A DNA stretch of 63,571 bases, the filler included, from Chiloscyllium plagiosum (taxonomy: Eukaryota): the NCBI RefSeq assembly GCF_004010195.1. It is 4 parts of one record of this genome, joined end to end, with 100 filler letters (N's around TTAATTAATTAA, not from the genome) between each part and the next. Parts side by side here need not be neighbours in the genome. Positions count along the whole stretch, not along the records: positions 18,482 to 44,891 come from NC_057712.1; positions 44,992 to 59,995 come from NC_057712.1; 2 more parts are not named here. One strand, written 5' to 3'. The translations under genes were made by a program, and so were the position numbers. How positions within the stretch are numbered: the stretch's first letter is position 1; every line of letters begins with the position of its first letter. Under the pieces are notes generated by a model. It saw nothing but the letters and a program-made list of their open reading frames with translations. It was not told the origin of the DNA and made no database searches. This document shows, one piece after another, positions 36,294-48,615 of this stretch.

Positions 36294-37575
36294 CTATCTG
36301 TCAGCAAGGGCTCCGTGATTGGTTCAGATTAACAGCCCCAATCAGGAAAATCACATTCTATGAGCTCCACCTGGCTGACCTTGTAACAGTCACTATATCC
36401 TCCCTCCTCTCAGTCTGAGAACATAGGCAGGTTCTTCATTTTGTTTCTCCTAGGGTGTTTTAGCAATAGGTTACGTTCTTCCAACTCTGCCTCTGATGTG
36501 GGCAGAGTGTAACACACAGTAGCTTGCCTCTTGCACCCAAAACATCTCCAAAAAAGTATGTTCTCTTCAGGCGGCAAAGGCATCGAGGCGCGACATCCAT
36601 TTTGTCTACCTTAAATTCCAAGGTAACTTCAATGCTATACGGAGAGATAGAATCTACAGGAACAGTCAGAAAGGCAATTGAGGAAGCAGGCACCTTTGGC
36701 TCCATAGTGTTTGCTAGTTTGCAGCTTTTAATATTCACGTGCTTGTTCAGGATGATCGCACCTACCATAATTTTATTCATCATTGGACCTGACCTCATGT
36801 CGACAATGCCTCTTACCCATGCAGGATTAATCCTGTGATTCCTACATCAAAGCTTATCCCTGCAGTAAACTCTCTCTCTCCATTCCTGATGCCGTTTCAC
36901 CTTCCCTCCCAGGTCTGGGATGATCAGATTTAACCTGGTGTGGAGTCTTCTCTCCATCAGCAACCCTGCTGCAGCTATTCCTGTAGTTCCATGAAGGGTG
37001 GCCCTAAACTCAAATAGGAACCGGGACGGTCTGATATCTTGTGAAGCTATAGGCTGTTTCTCTACTCCTGCCTTCAAATTTAGACTGCTCTTTCTGCCAG
37101 ACCATTGGGTATGGAGCTGTCCTCATTCGATTTTAGGAAATACTCAAATTCCCTACTGGCAAACGATGGCCAGTTATCTGTGACCAACACTTCCAGGAGT
37201 TCAAGTATTGCAAAAGATGAGCACAGTTTTTCTATCATTGTCCCGTGTTTGATGAAGGAACTCTCTACACATCCCAGTTACTTTGAGTGGGCGTCCCTAC
37301 TGGTGAAGAACATTGATCGCACAAAAGAATCTGCACAGTTGACATGTAACTAAGTCCATGGTTAACCCAGCCATTCCCATGAAATGGGAATGGTAATTTT
37401 GAACCTCTTGGCAGCCTGGGCACTGCTCCTTCAATGCAGCTATGTCTGCATCCAGGCCTGGCCACCAGACATAACTTATCACCAACATCTTCATTTTGGA
37501 CACCCCTGGATGACCCTTTGCTCTGGACAATCACTCTTGCTCCCTATAACAAAATACCATCCTCTACTGTGATCT

Positions 37576-37706
37576 ATCAGGTTTAATTGGAAGCACACTA
37601 GCTTTCGGAGTGGTGGTCCTTCATCAGGTGATTGGACTATAACCTGGTGTCGCGTGATTTTTAACTTTGTACACCCCAGTCCAACACCAGCATCTCCAAA
37701 TCATGA
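37576..37706. mobile_element. PLE family 2 end with inverted segment, 12-bp TSD, inside Gypsy pol
   Basis: ctactgtgatct at 37564-37575 and 37707-37718; the first ~55 bp are inverted relative to 14048-14168. Confidence 0.85.
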
Positions 37707-37807
37707 CTACTGTGATCTGGTCTTACCAGAACCAAAAAGATGTCAATTCTGGTTGTGACAGCCCCTCGGCTTCCCCCATCACCATCAGCTGTTAGAGTTT
37801 TACCAGG

Positions 37808-37899
37808 GTCTAGATTAGAGTGGTGCTGCTGTTCAGGCAGCATCCGAGGAGCAGTAAAATCAACATTTTGGCCAAAAGCCCTTCATCAGGAATACAGGC
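37808..37899 (-). mobile_element. PLE family 1 end, 14-bp TSD, inside Gypsy pol
   Basis: agagttttaccagg at 37794-37807 and 37900-37913. Confidence 0.85.
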
Positions 37900-40800
37900 A
37901 GAGTTTTACCAGGACCAGATCTTTCTGTGTCTAAACTCTGATATTGTCAGCTGGAAGGGTGTCCAGAAAATTTAAAACCAATACAGTCTCTTCCGTGGAG
38001 AGTACCACTGGTGGTGTATCTGCTAGCAGAAGGAAGCTCAATGCACCCATAATTGCTGCTTGGCCTCCTGGACATTATTCTAACTTGTAATTATACACAC
38101 TTAATATTAGAGCCCACCACTAAAGTTGGCCTGAAACTCTGGGAGGCACTACCTTATCCTCTGTAAGTAGACCTAGTGGGGGTTGTCATCCATTATTATT
38201 ACAAATTCAAGTCTGTAAAGGTATTGGTGGAACTTTCTGACTCCAAATATGACCGCCAAAACTTCCTTCTCTATCTGGGTGCATTTACGTTCTGCATTAG
38301 CCAAAGTCCTGGATATATATATACGTTATTAGTGTTCCTCTCCACTGGGCCACCTATGAATTTATACTACCTCAATGCAGTATGGGGAGACATCACATGT
38401 CAATACCAGATCTTGCTTTGGATCATAGGGTGCCAGAACCTTAGAGGATGATAGATGCTTCTTCACTTCCCTGAAAGTTATGGCTTGGATATGCAGCCAT
38501 TTTCAAGGCTGATCCTCTTTTAAGAGTTGATTCAAAGGTGCCAGGATGGAAGGCAGGTTATGTATGAAATTTCTGAAATAATTCACCAGCGCAAGGAAAG
38601 ACCTGAGCTCTGGTATGGTTATGGAAGCTGGGGCACCTTTGATACCCCTCACTTTATTTTCCAATGGGTGTAACCCAGTACTGTCAACTCTGTGGCCCAA
38701 GTAGGTCACTTGGGATACCTGGAATACACATTTTTCCCTTCTAAGGTATACATCCACCTGGGAGAAACATATAAGGACTATGGCCAGGTTCCCTAAGTGC
38801 ACCTTATTGATCTTCCCCTTATTGATGTTCTTAGCATGTCATCTAGGTAAACAGCAAACTGAGGTATACCTTGTAAAAAATGTTCTTGATCGTCCACTGA
38901 AAAGGCACAGGCTGACGATACCCCAAATGGCAGTCTCATATGCTAAATACAAACTGTAATGGGTATTAATTGTAGCATACTTCTGGGAATTGTCATCTAA
39001 CTTCAATTACAAATATGCGTGGCTCATATCCAGCTTTGGTAAGGAGGGCCCCCCCCGAAAGCTTTTTATATAAATCCTCTATGCGTGGGATTATTAATTT
39101 ATCCAGCTGAGAAGAGCAGTTTATCTTTTGTTTAAAATCCCCACAAAGGTGAACTGATCCATCGGGCTTCACAATCAATATGACTGGTGCTACCCACTCC
39201 ACAAACCGGACTCGTTTGATGATTCCTTCACTTTCCAGCCTTCTGATTTCTGCCTCTACTTTTGCCCATGAGACAAATGGCACTGGGCAGGCCCTTGCAG
39301 ATCGCAGAATTGTTTCCTTGTCAACATGCAAGGTGACCTTGGCTCCTTTGATAGCTGTTAGACCTTCCTGAAAAACATCTGGGTATTTAATTAGGACTTC
39401 ACTCAGGTAGCCATTATTTAATTGAAAAACCTTGAGCCAATCAATGTGAATCTTTCTCAACAAATTTTGCTTCATCAAACTTGGGCCTAAACCTTTTGCT
39501 ACAATCATTGATAACTGAACCAGCTGCTTCTCATAAGAGACTGGAGCCAAAGTTGTACCCTTAATCTGTAAAGGTGCCTTTGTGTAGGTACTTAGTCTAG
39601 CTGAGGTCTTGCGCAAACTTAAGGGTTGGAGTCCCAAGCAAATTTTGTTAAAGACTGGTTCTGTGAGCTCTAAAACAGCCGTGCCGGTATCGACCTTCAT
39701 TAGAATCAGATCACCATTTAACCAGGCTTTTATTTCTATTGGTTCTGATTTGGATGTTGCTAAACAATTTACCAGTTCCAAACCAGATGTAGGTGGCTTT
39801 TCCAGCATGTGCACTCACCTGGATACTGGCCAATGATTCTCTTACTCAATTTAGATCTAGTGGGACTCTTATGCTGTTTCGAGTTTGTATACTGGCAGCA
39901 ATTACAATGGCTTGTCGGCCCGGATCCTGAAGAAAATTTGAACTGTTTGACCGAGGCTTAGCTTGGGGGTTTTGCACTGGGCTGACCTGCAGTTCCTCTG
40001 TCCAGGGTATGTCCTGAGTGAGGCTATGCAATTGTTTTTATTCAAGTGGTGTTCTCCAAGTTCAGTCGGACTGATGAAGGTGTCCACTTCCATGAGAATA
40101 CCCTGTGACTCATATTCTCAGTTTGCTGCATTTTCCAATGATAAAGCCAGTTGTAGCACCTGTTTGAAGTCCAGTCGGGCTTCAGCTAGTAGGCATGGTT
40201 ACATCATTAATCCCACTTACCAATCGGTCTCTCAGCAACACATTCTGGGTTAAGCCAATGTCATATGCCTCTGTCAGTTGGCTTAACCTCGTCAAAAATC
40301 CTGATATGGATTTCCATGGCTCTCTAATTGCCACATAATACTGATAGTGTCCTGGAAGTAGAGGAGGCTTGGGGTTGTAATATTCCTTAAGTAAATCCAT
40401 AAACTCTTGAAAGGTTTAAGTATCTTGACCCTCAGGGAATGTTAGGGTCCTAATAATCGAAAAAGTTGTGAGTCCCCAAGCTGTGAGAGAATTATTTGTT
40501 GCTTTTCATCTGCCCTAATGTCATTTGCCCAGAAAATGTAACACATTCTTTCCACATACTGGGCCAGTCTTCAAGGTCAGGCTTCCCAAACAATGGCATG
40601 ATGGCAGAAATTTTTACCCCAACACAAAGGCGACTGGTGTGAGCAGGTTTCTTCAGGAACGTGCTTTATTCTTGTCACTACTGAAATAATTCCCCAGAAG
40701 CTGGTATCTGGTCACCAAATCACCCTTTATTTACACGTGGAGAGTAACTGATCCAGTTACTCAGAGCCAGCTCTCAGACAGAACAGGATGTCAGACATTC

Positions 40801-41788
40801 CTGTTTATGTCTGTCAGCCAGGACTCTCTGATTGGACCAGATCAACAGCCTCAATCAGGGAACCCATATTCTGTCTGGCTGACCTCATTACAATCACTAC
40901 AGTAGGCATCTTCAGGATGGCTGACTCCCAACCTCCACCAGCGAGAAAGCTCACCAAATTAAAATGTGTGACAAAGCGAAATGGTACAGATGCTGGAAAT
41001 ACTCAGCAGGTCAAGCTGTGGAGAGAAAACACAAAGTGGGCAGGATCATTTATCTTGGTTGGTTCACAATCCTGATGGACATCTTCTTTCAAGGTCAGGA
41101 ACTCAGAAGTGGTGAAAAGGACACGCCAGTCTCAATATTCCTGGAGGCTGCCTCTGGATTCCATATCCAGTCAAGGACAGTAGACGACCAAGGAAGTGGG
41201 AGTCTCAATCAGAAGGCCTGTAGCTAAGGTCATTGAGTGGCTGAGAAAATTTGGGAAGTTTCACTACCGTCAATCCTTCTTGCCGTTATATGATCTAAGC
41301 CACTGATATCATTTAGGTAAGGATGCTCACACAAAGTCTTCAGTAAACATAAGCTCAACCGTGATATACAGTAAACACGTTTATTATATATCATTGTACT
41401 TTATAGCTAGTTACGTTTAATCTGAGATACTTGATGGGTTCTTGTGAGTCACCAATCTCAGGTTAAGATTAAGGTCACATGCCTACTATTGAAACATTTT
41501 CATATAGCTTTGAAACAAAGACAGAACTGGCTAATGTTACAGATGCATAGGGAATAGGGTACCAGAAAAGTCTAGGCAAATAGGATGCCAAGTTTCCAAG
41601 TAAGTAAGATGACAACTGGGGAGGGGGCAGGGTGCCGAGGTAGGAGATAGGATACCAGCTGGGTAGAATGTCAAGTGGGTAGAATGTCAAGTGAGAAGAA
41701 GGTAGGGTGGTAAGTGACTAAAATGCCAGGGTGTAAGCTGGCAAGGTAAGTGATGCAGTATTTAGGGTACAGCCAAAAGGTATGGCTC

Positions 41789-41966
41789 TGAAAAAGCACA
41801 GCAGGTCAGGCAGCATCTGAGGAGCAGGAGTTGATGTTTCCGATGAAGGGCTTATGCCCAAAATGTCGACTCTCCTGCTCCTTAGATGCTGCCTGACCTG
41901 CTGTGCTTTTCCAGCACTGTACTTTTGGATTCTAATCTCCAGTAACTGATGCCTTCATTTTCTCCT
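41789..41966. mobile_element. Fold-back PLE end
   Basis: aaaagcacagcaggtcaggcagcatc...gatgctgcctgacctgctgtgctttt inverted arms that switch at the tgaagggcttatgccc motif. Confidence 0.75.
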
Positions 41967-42353
41967 AGAGTTAAGGGTAGGACAGGGTGAATGGGGGAGG
42001 GGGAAGTGCGGGGAGCAAGGAGGGTGTAATCTGGTCCAGCAGGGGTGTGGAAAGTGCAGGTGTCAGGCCTGGGGGGGGGGGCTTATGGATCCGGTGGCAG
42101 TGAGTAGCACATNNNNNNNNNNNNNNNNNNNNNNNNNNNNNNNNNNNNNNNNNNNNNNNNNNNNNNNNNNNNNNNNNNNNNNNNNNNNNNNNNNNNTTGG
42201 TGTGGTCAGTAGGGGATATCTATCTGTGGGACAATGGGGTTCAGGTCTTGGAGGGTATTTGTGTTGGTCAGGGTCTAGGAGATATATAGAAGGAAAAGGG
42301 GCATTGTTGGGAAGTTTGTGAGGTAAGTATGAGGTCTGTTTAATTTTTTAAAT

Positions 42354-43195
42354 TCACTTACGAGAAGTGGACACGGATGACTGGGCAGCATTCATTGCCT
42401 GCCTCTTGTTGCCCTTGAGAAGGTGGCATTGAGCTGCTGTCTTGAACCGCTCCAGTCCATGTGCTACATGTAGAGCCCACAATGCCATTTGGAAGGTAAT
42501 TCCAGTACTTTGACCCAATGACAGTGAAGAAATGGTGATATATTTCCATGTCAGCATGGTGAGTGACTTGGTGGGGAACTTGCAGGTGGTGGTGTTCCCC
42601 TGTATCCGCTGCCCTTGATTTTCTAGACAGTAGTGGTCGTGGGTTTGGAAGGTGCTGTCAAAGAATTTTTGGTGAATTTCTGGATGTGTCTTGTAGATAG
42701 TACGCACTGCTGCTACTGAGCGTCTATGGTGGAAAGAGTGGATGTTTGTGCATATGGTGCCAAACAAGCGAGTTGCTCTGTCCTGGATGGTGTCAAGCTT
42801 TTTGAGTGTTGTTGGAGCTGCACCCATCCAGGCAAGTGAGGAGCATTCCATCATACTCCTGATTTGTGCCTTGCAGGTGGTGGACCGATTCTCGGGAGTT
42901 AGGGGGTAAGTGACTCGCTGCGGTATTCCTAGCCTCTGACCTCCTTTTGTAGCCATTGTCTTTATATAAGGAGTGCAGTTGAGTTTCTGGTCAATGAATG
43001 TTGATAGTGGAAGATTCAGTGATGGTATCACCATTGAATGTCAAGGGTGATGATTAGATTTTCTCTTACTGGAGATGGTCATTGCCTGGCATTTGTGTGG
43101 CACTAATTCATTTTGTCACTTGTCAGCCCAAGCTTAGATATTGTCTAGATCTTTTTTCATTTGAACATGGACTGCTTCATATCTGAGGAGTCATA
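42354..43195 (-). mobile_element. CR1/L2-like LINE (second lineage) 3' fragment
   Basis: ORF 42354..43034(-) KAQIRSMMECSSLAWMGAAPTTLKKLDTIQ; same family as 25570-27660. Confidence 0.8.
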
Positions 43196-43647
43196 AATGG
43201 CTTATGCCTGAAATGTCGACTCTCCTGCTCCTCGGATACTGCCTGATGCGTGGTGCTTTTCCAGCGCCACACTTTTCAACTTTGATGTCAAGGGCTGTCA
43301 CTCCCACCTCAATTTAATATTTGATTAGCCATTAGGTTATGTATTTAATAGAATAACTTCCCTTGAGTAATTGTTTTACTTAATATCTTTGGACCCTTCA
43401 AAGTCTCTGATTTAAAATAGAGAATTTCTGAGTGTTTCATGTTGAATGGAATTGCCCTTTGGAAAATTCAATCACTGAGGAAATCCCATCAGAATGTGCT
43501 ACATTGGGATTCTGCAGGTTCCTCATGTGTAACTCCTATCCATGCTGGCATGGTGACCATGTGCCAGCAAAAAAATCTGGGCCATTTTGTTTTTCTTTAT
43601 AAAAGATACATGAGGAGAGGGTCAAAAGTCAGGTTAGAAGTCAACTA

Positions 43648-44182
43648 CAGTCGGTTCAGATAGGCTCAGTGGTTAGCACTGCTGCCTCACAGCGCCAGGG
43701 ACCCAGGTTCAATCCCCGACTCAGGCGACTGTCTGTGTGGAGTTTGCACATTCTCCCCGTGTCTGCATGGGTTTCCTCCGGGTGCTCTGGTTTCCTCCCA
43801 CAGTCAAAAGATGTGCAGCTTAGGTGAATTGGCCATGCTAAATTGCCCGTATAGTGTTAGGTGCATTAGTCAGGGATAAATGTAGGGGAATGGGTCTGGG
43901 TGAGTTGCTCTTTGGTGGGTTGGTGTGGACTTGTTGGGCCGAAGGGCTTGTTTCCACACTGTAGGGGATCTAATCTAATAATGCGATAGTTCCATTCTCG
44001 TGCGATTTCACCTTATAAGAATATCGCGCAACAGCTGCACCGTTTAAACTAATGGGACAGGAATCATGTTATAGCCAATACAGGTAAGGAAAGTTTGCAT
44101 TCTACAAATAAAGGTCTAAATTCTTCAATCGCATTAAAGCCAATTTGCATTGAAGAAATATGTGTTTTCGCAGAAGCAACTG
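43648..44182. mobile_element. Tigger-like MITE interrupted by an HE1 SINE (43663-43978, +)
   Basis: Imperfect TIRs cagtcggttc / gaagcaactg with TA flanks; HE1 core and tail inside. Confidence 0.65.
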
Positions 44183-44759
44183 TACTTAACATTTAACATT
44201 CTGACAAAAGGACTCTCTCGCTCTGAATACTGGAATCAATCCTGGTTAAAAGGAATCAGAACTACAGAATCTCAACCAATTTCCAGAATTAAGGATCATG
44301 AAACCAACTATCCAACTGCCAATGTCAATGCTACCATTAACATTTACTGTGACAGCCTCAACGTTCAATTATCTTTTTTTTGAGAATAATTTGAAGTCTG
44401 ATCAGTTTTTTAATCTTCATTTCTAATCTGTAAGCATGTCATTGTGTTAGTAATCAGGAGCCTGGTCAATGTGAGTGGATACTTCATCTGAGTGAGACAA
44501 AGGCCAAGTGAGTACAGCTGGGAACATCATCCAACTAAATTCAGTTTTAGAGTTCAAGTCAGATTCAGATGATTGTCTTTAAGTAAACTAAAATAGCCTT
44601 ATGAAAAGAGGTAGTTGTATGATAGTAGCAGTCAGCATTCAAGTAACCAAAATCCTTTTTATGTAAGAACTAGAAGCATGAGTAAATAATTCAGCTCCTT
44701 ATGCCTGCACTGCTGTTCAATACAATCATGGCTGATCTCATCTCAGTCTCAAATCACAC

Positions 44760-45895
44760 GTATGGGCCCCAGCTATGCCTGTCTCTTCGTTGGCTACGTA
44801 GAGCAGTTGATCTTCCGTAATTACACCGGCACCACTCCCCACCTCTTCCTCCGCTACATTGATGACTGCATTGGCGCCACCCCGTGCTCCCNNNNNNNNN
44901 NNNNNNNNNNNNNNNNNNNNNNNNNNNNNNNNNNNTTAATTAATTAANNNNNNNNNNNNNNNNNNNNNNNNNNNNNNNNNNNNNNNNNNNNGACCTATTG
45001 TACTCTATGCTACTCTATCCCCACCCCCACCCTCCTCTAGCTTATCTCTCCGCGCTTCAGGCTCTCTGCCTTTATTCCTGATGAAGGGCTTTTGCCCGAA
45101 ACGTCGATTTCGAAGCTTTTCGGATGCTGCCTGAATTGCTGTGCTCTTCCAGCACCACTGATCCAGAATCTGGTTTCCAGCATCTGCAGTCATTGTTTTT
45201 ACATCATTAGCCATGCGGCTGGTGCAGCAACCATCCCCACAGTGATCGATGACGTCACTTCAGCTCCCATCAGGGCCATTTCCGTCCCTCAATTCCTCAT
45301 GCACCACACGTGACATCACTTCCGCCCCTCACATCATCGCTGATGTCACACGCTCAGTGACTTCTGCCCCCTCCCCACTGACGAGTTCGCCACCACTTCC
45401 GCCCCCAACGCCACTCACCTGCATTCTGCTGACACGCTCCTCCCAGATCCCACTGTCACCATCCCTGCCCCCCAGAACCCTGAGGGGAACACTACCCCTG
45501 CTCATGACTCCACTCCCATTCCCCCACCACCACACCCACTCCAGTTACAGGCTCCACCACCACTCCCAGCTCCACACCCACACCGGGTCCCGGGTCCCAG
45601 CTCCCAGCCCTGCCAAGTTTTCAGTTACAGGCTCCACCACCACTCCCAGCTCCACACCCACACCGGGTCCCAGCTCCCAGCCCTGGCAAGTTTTCACCAT
45701 CCCTCCAGAATGATCAGTCCTCAGCAAAGGCCTCACCTTTATCCCCCTCCGCCCACGCATCAATGAATTTAATACACGCCGTGACGTTGAACACTTCTTC
45801 CGCCGCCTCTGCCTCTGAGCTTACTTTTACAATCAGGACTCCCGCCCACCTTCCGAGGACCCCTTTGCCCGCCTCCAACACACTCCATCCACCTA
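44760..45895 (+). mobile_element. Penelope-like element (Neptune-type) pieces: RT fragment, terminal repeat and N-terminal ORF fragment
   Basis: MGPSYACLFVGYVEQ...FLRYIDD at 44762-44891; terminal repeat with hammerhead core at 44992-45200; VLSKGLTFIP..RINEF..DVEHFFRRL at ~45715-45810. Confidence 0.85.
45078..45105 (+). ncRNA. Minimal hammerhead ribozyme-like core in a PLE terminal repeat (representative copy)
   Basis: CTGATGA-a-GGGC-TTTT-GCCC-GAAAC-GTC. Minimal hammerheads are an established feature of PLE pseudo-LTRs. Helix I pairing is weak in this copy. Confidence 0.6.
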
Positions 45896-46803
45896 GACAG
45901 CTTCATATCTCATCAGAAGCACACTGTCAGTTTTATACTGGGGACTCCGCCTAGAGTTTCATGCTGAAGCTGCTGGAGTAGGATTTGAACCATGACCTTC
46001 AGATTTCGAGACATGAATTCTGCCAACTAAACCTTGGTTGATGCTACTTTTCATGGTCTAAGCCCATGTGATTTGTGAGAATATGCTAAATGGATCAGTA
46101 AATGGTGATAGAAACAAATTGAATGTCAGCAAATGGGTTGGCAGTATATTACCAGTGGGCTGCAACAAGTTTCAATGTAAGAACTGCTGTTTATAGTCAT
46201 TATAAATGATTCACAAAATGAAATTGTGTTCAGGTTTGTAGATGATGCTAAATTGGTATTGTATCAACTGCTCCCAGTGGATGGAAATTCAGTAGTTTTT
46301 GGCCATGTCAGGTTTTAAATAAGAAAATGCCACTACACCACAAACAAGTGTAAAATCATGAAATTTGGCAAAGAGAAGGTTGATGCAGATTGTGTTCATT
46401 TATTTTTCTCCTACTATGCGAGCAGTTGTATGTACAGATATCAAACAAGCCAAGAATTCAGTCAATCTGCATACCTTTTCATTCAAACAAATGTTGACTC
46501 TCTAAACAATGTTAATCTACTCCACATTATCTACATTCACTGGAATAAGAAGCTGAATGCTTCACACTTCCAACAATGTGCCTGACAGTAAGTACCAGTG
46601 AATGGTAATAGTGCAGAAGGCAGTAGTGGCTTTTGAGGGGCACAGTAACATCTTGTGAGGCACCACTCCATTTTCAGAATGTAGCGCTAGTTATTGGATC
46701 AATGAGAAACTGGCCAACTGATTAAACATTTAAATTTGGAAATTAAATTTCTAAATATTGCCCATAACCATCTTATTCTGTGATCTTGCTATTCTCTTTC
46801 TAG

Positions 46804-46974
46804 GTGGAAAAAATAATCTGTATGCTAAGGCCAGCTTTAAAACTTCGACTGCGATTTGTGACTCACATTAGTAAGGTGGAGCCAGCAGGAGCAGTGCAAC
46901 CAGCAAGCAACGCCTCTCCAGCCAACCCTTCCAGCCAGGTGTCCACTGGTGTCACCTTGTCAGTAACACAATAA
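46804..46974 (+). CDS. MED23: Mediator complex subunit 23, terminal coding exon
   Basis: attctctttctAG acceptor, phase 0. VEKIICMLRPALKLRLRFVTHISKVEPAGAVQPASNASPANPSSQVSTGVTLSVTQ* closely matches the recalled human MED23 C-terminus (VEKIICNLKPALKLRLRFITHISKMEP...VSLPVTQ). Not in the ORF track (under 60 aa). Confidence 0.92.
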   Translation: MEKIICMLRPALKLRLRFVTHISKVEPAGAVQPASNASPANPSSQVSTGVTLSVTQ

Positions 46975-48615
46975 AATGAGAATTTGGTAGCATTTTGTCA
47001 GGAGTTCTAATACTGTAAAGTAAGAAGAATGGTTGTGTATTTAAGACGGAAACCTTAAGACATTTTTAAAATATTGTACATACTATCTATTGAACGATAA
47101 AGTAATGCTAGTAAAGAGAAAATTAACTGTAAACAATGTGCCGTAGTTGTTGCTTCAGTGATGGTTAGAGTCGTTGTGTGCCACTTTAGTGAAAAATGAA
47201 CTGCTCCTGTAATGTGTAATAAGTCATCCTCTTAGTTCAACTGATTTTGAACAATGTATTTCACACAATAGTCTAAATAGTACTAAATGCAAAATTATAG
47301 AAATCTGTTGGTGATACCTTTCTCTGTTTTTCTTCATACCATACAGGTATATTTATTTAAACTGAAGACAATTTTTACTGGTTTATTCTGCAAGTTCTAT
47401 TGCAATTAGTCTGTATAATTTTGTTCAAACTGTAATGTCTAGTTTTTTGACTAAAATCGTATGGAATAATCTGCTTGTCAAAAGAACACAATTAAAGTGA
47501 TGTGTACATTTTTTGAAATGCCCCTCAGTGGTTAGCACTGCAGCCTCACAGTGCCAGGCACCCAGGTTTGATTCCAGCCTTGGGGGACTGTCTGTGTGGA
47601 GTTTACACATTCTCCCTGTGTCTGTGTGGGTTTCTTATGGGTGCTCTGGTTTCCTCCCACAGTCCAAAGATATGCAGGTCGGGTGGATTGGCCATGCTAA
47701 ATTGGGTTCCTCTTCAGAAGGTTGGTGTTAACTTGTTGGGCTGAAGGGCTTGTTTCCACACTGCAGGGAATCTAATCTAATCTAAAAGCTTGAATTTGTT
47801 AATTAACTTTTCAGTGAAACATTCTCTGATGTATTTATTTTCAATCTTAATTGTGTAAACTGATTTTCATCTTGAATCTTGATATTCTAATTCCTGGAGG
47901 ACAACCCTGTTCTCTATTTTTTTAAATATTGATTTCTAAAAAATGAATTTCTAGATAAGTTATGATCCAAATGGTGATCTAAATTGGTCTTCAAACTGCT
48001 AGCAAACCTGAAAGTTTTAAACACAGTTTTGAATGGAACAGCAATGTGAATATATTGACCACTTGGATTTCTTATATTTGTCTTTTTTTTATTTTTGTTT
48101 CTGCCTTCTGTAATCATGGAATGACCTGAAATATTTGTATTAGCTTCCAAATGTTTATAACACGGAATGTTTTTGTTTCAATCTGTTCTGAGCAAAAGAA
48201 ATGTTACATGATCATTAACCATTATGATTTAGCAATGCTTAAATTTGCATTTATATTCAAATTTACAGTTCTACAAACCGTTACACCATACAGTTTCATC
48301 CAATTATTTTTAAACTAGTAAACCCAATGCAAAAATGAAATACAGTTGAAGTAACTTGATAACTTGTTACCAGCAGACTATTCAAGTTTTGATATTCAAC
48401 AAGTATTTTAAAATAAAATTAAATTGAGATTTTGCAGATTTCTCTTATCTGGTTAAATCTTCACTAATTTGCATTAATTGATCAATTTTTTTATATGTAT
48501 TGTGTGATGAACTTAAATTCTATAGAATTTTTTTTTGAAATATGAAACACACAAGATGAAAAAACTTTTGCCTTTTGTACTTTTATCAATAAAAAGATGT
48601 ACCATATTGTGATAA
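46975..48615 (+). other. MED23: Probable MED23 3' UTR with candidate poly(A) signals
   Basis: AT-rich, largely repeat-free sequence after the stop; AATAAA at 48412 and 48588. End not determinable. Confidence 0.5.
47525..47783 (+). mobile_element. HE1-type V-SINE (internally deleted) within the putative MED23 3' UTR
   Basis: ctcagtggttagcactgc head, V-core, aatct tail repeats. Confidence 0.9.

Larger units (their letters stand above)
34684..40901 (-). mobile_element. Full-length degenerate Ty3/Gypsy LTR retrotransposon
   Basis: LTRs at 40682-40901 (TG...CA) and 34684-36397 (interrupted). PBS-like tagtgacaag next to the 5' LTR and polypurine tract agaggagggagga next to the 3' LTR. gag, protease (VDTG), RT (VYLDDM ~38850), RNase H and integrase (HPGVSKMK..WWPG..C..C) lie in PR-RT-RH-IN order; many stops and frameshifts. 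Confidence 0.92.
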
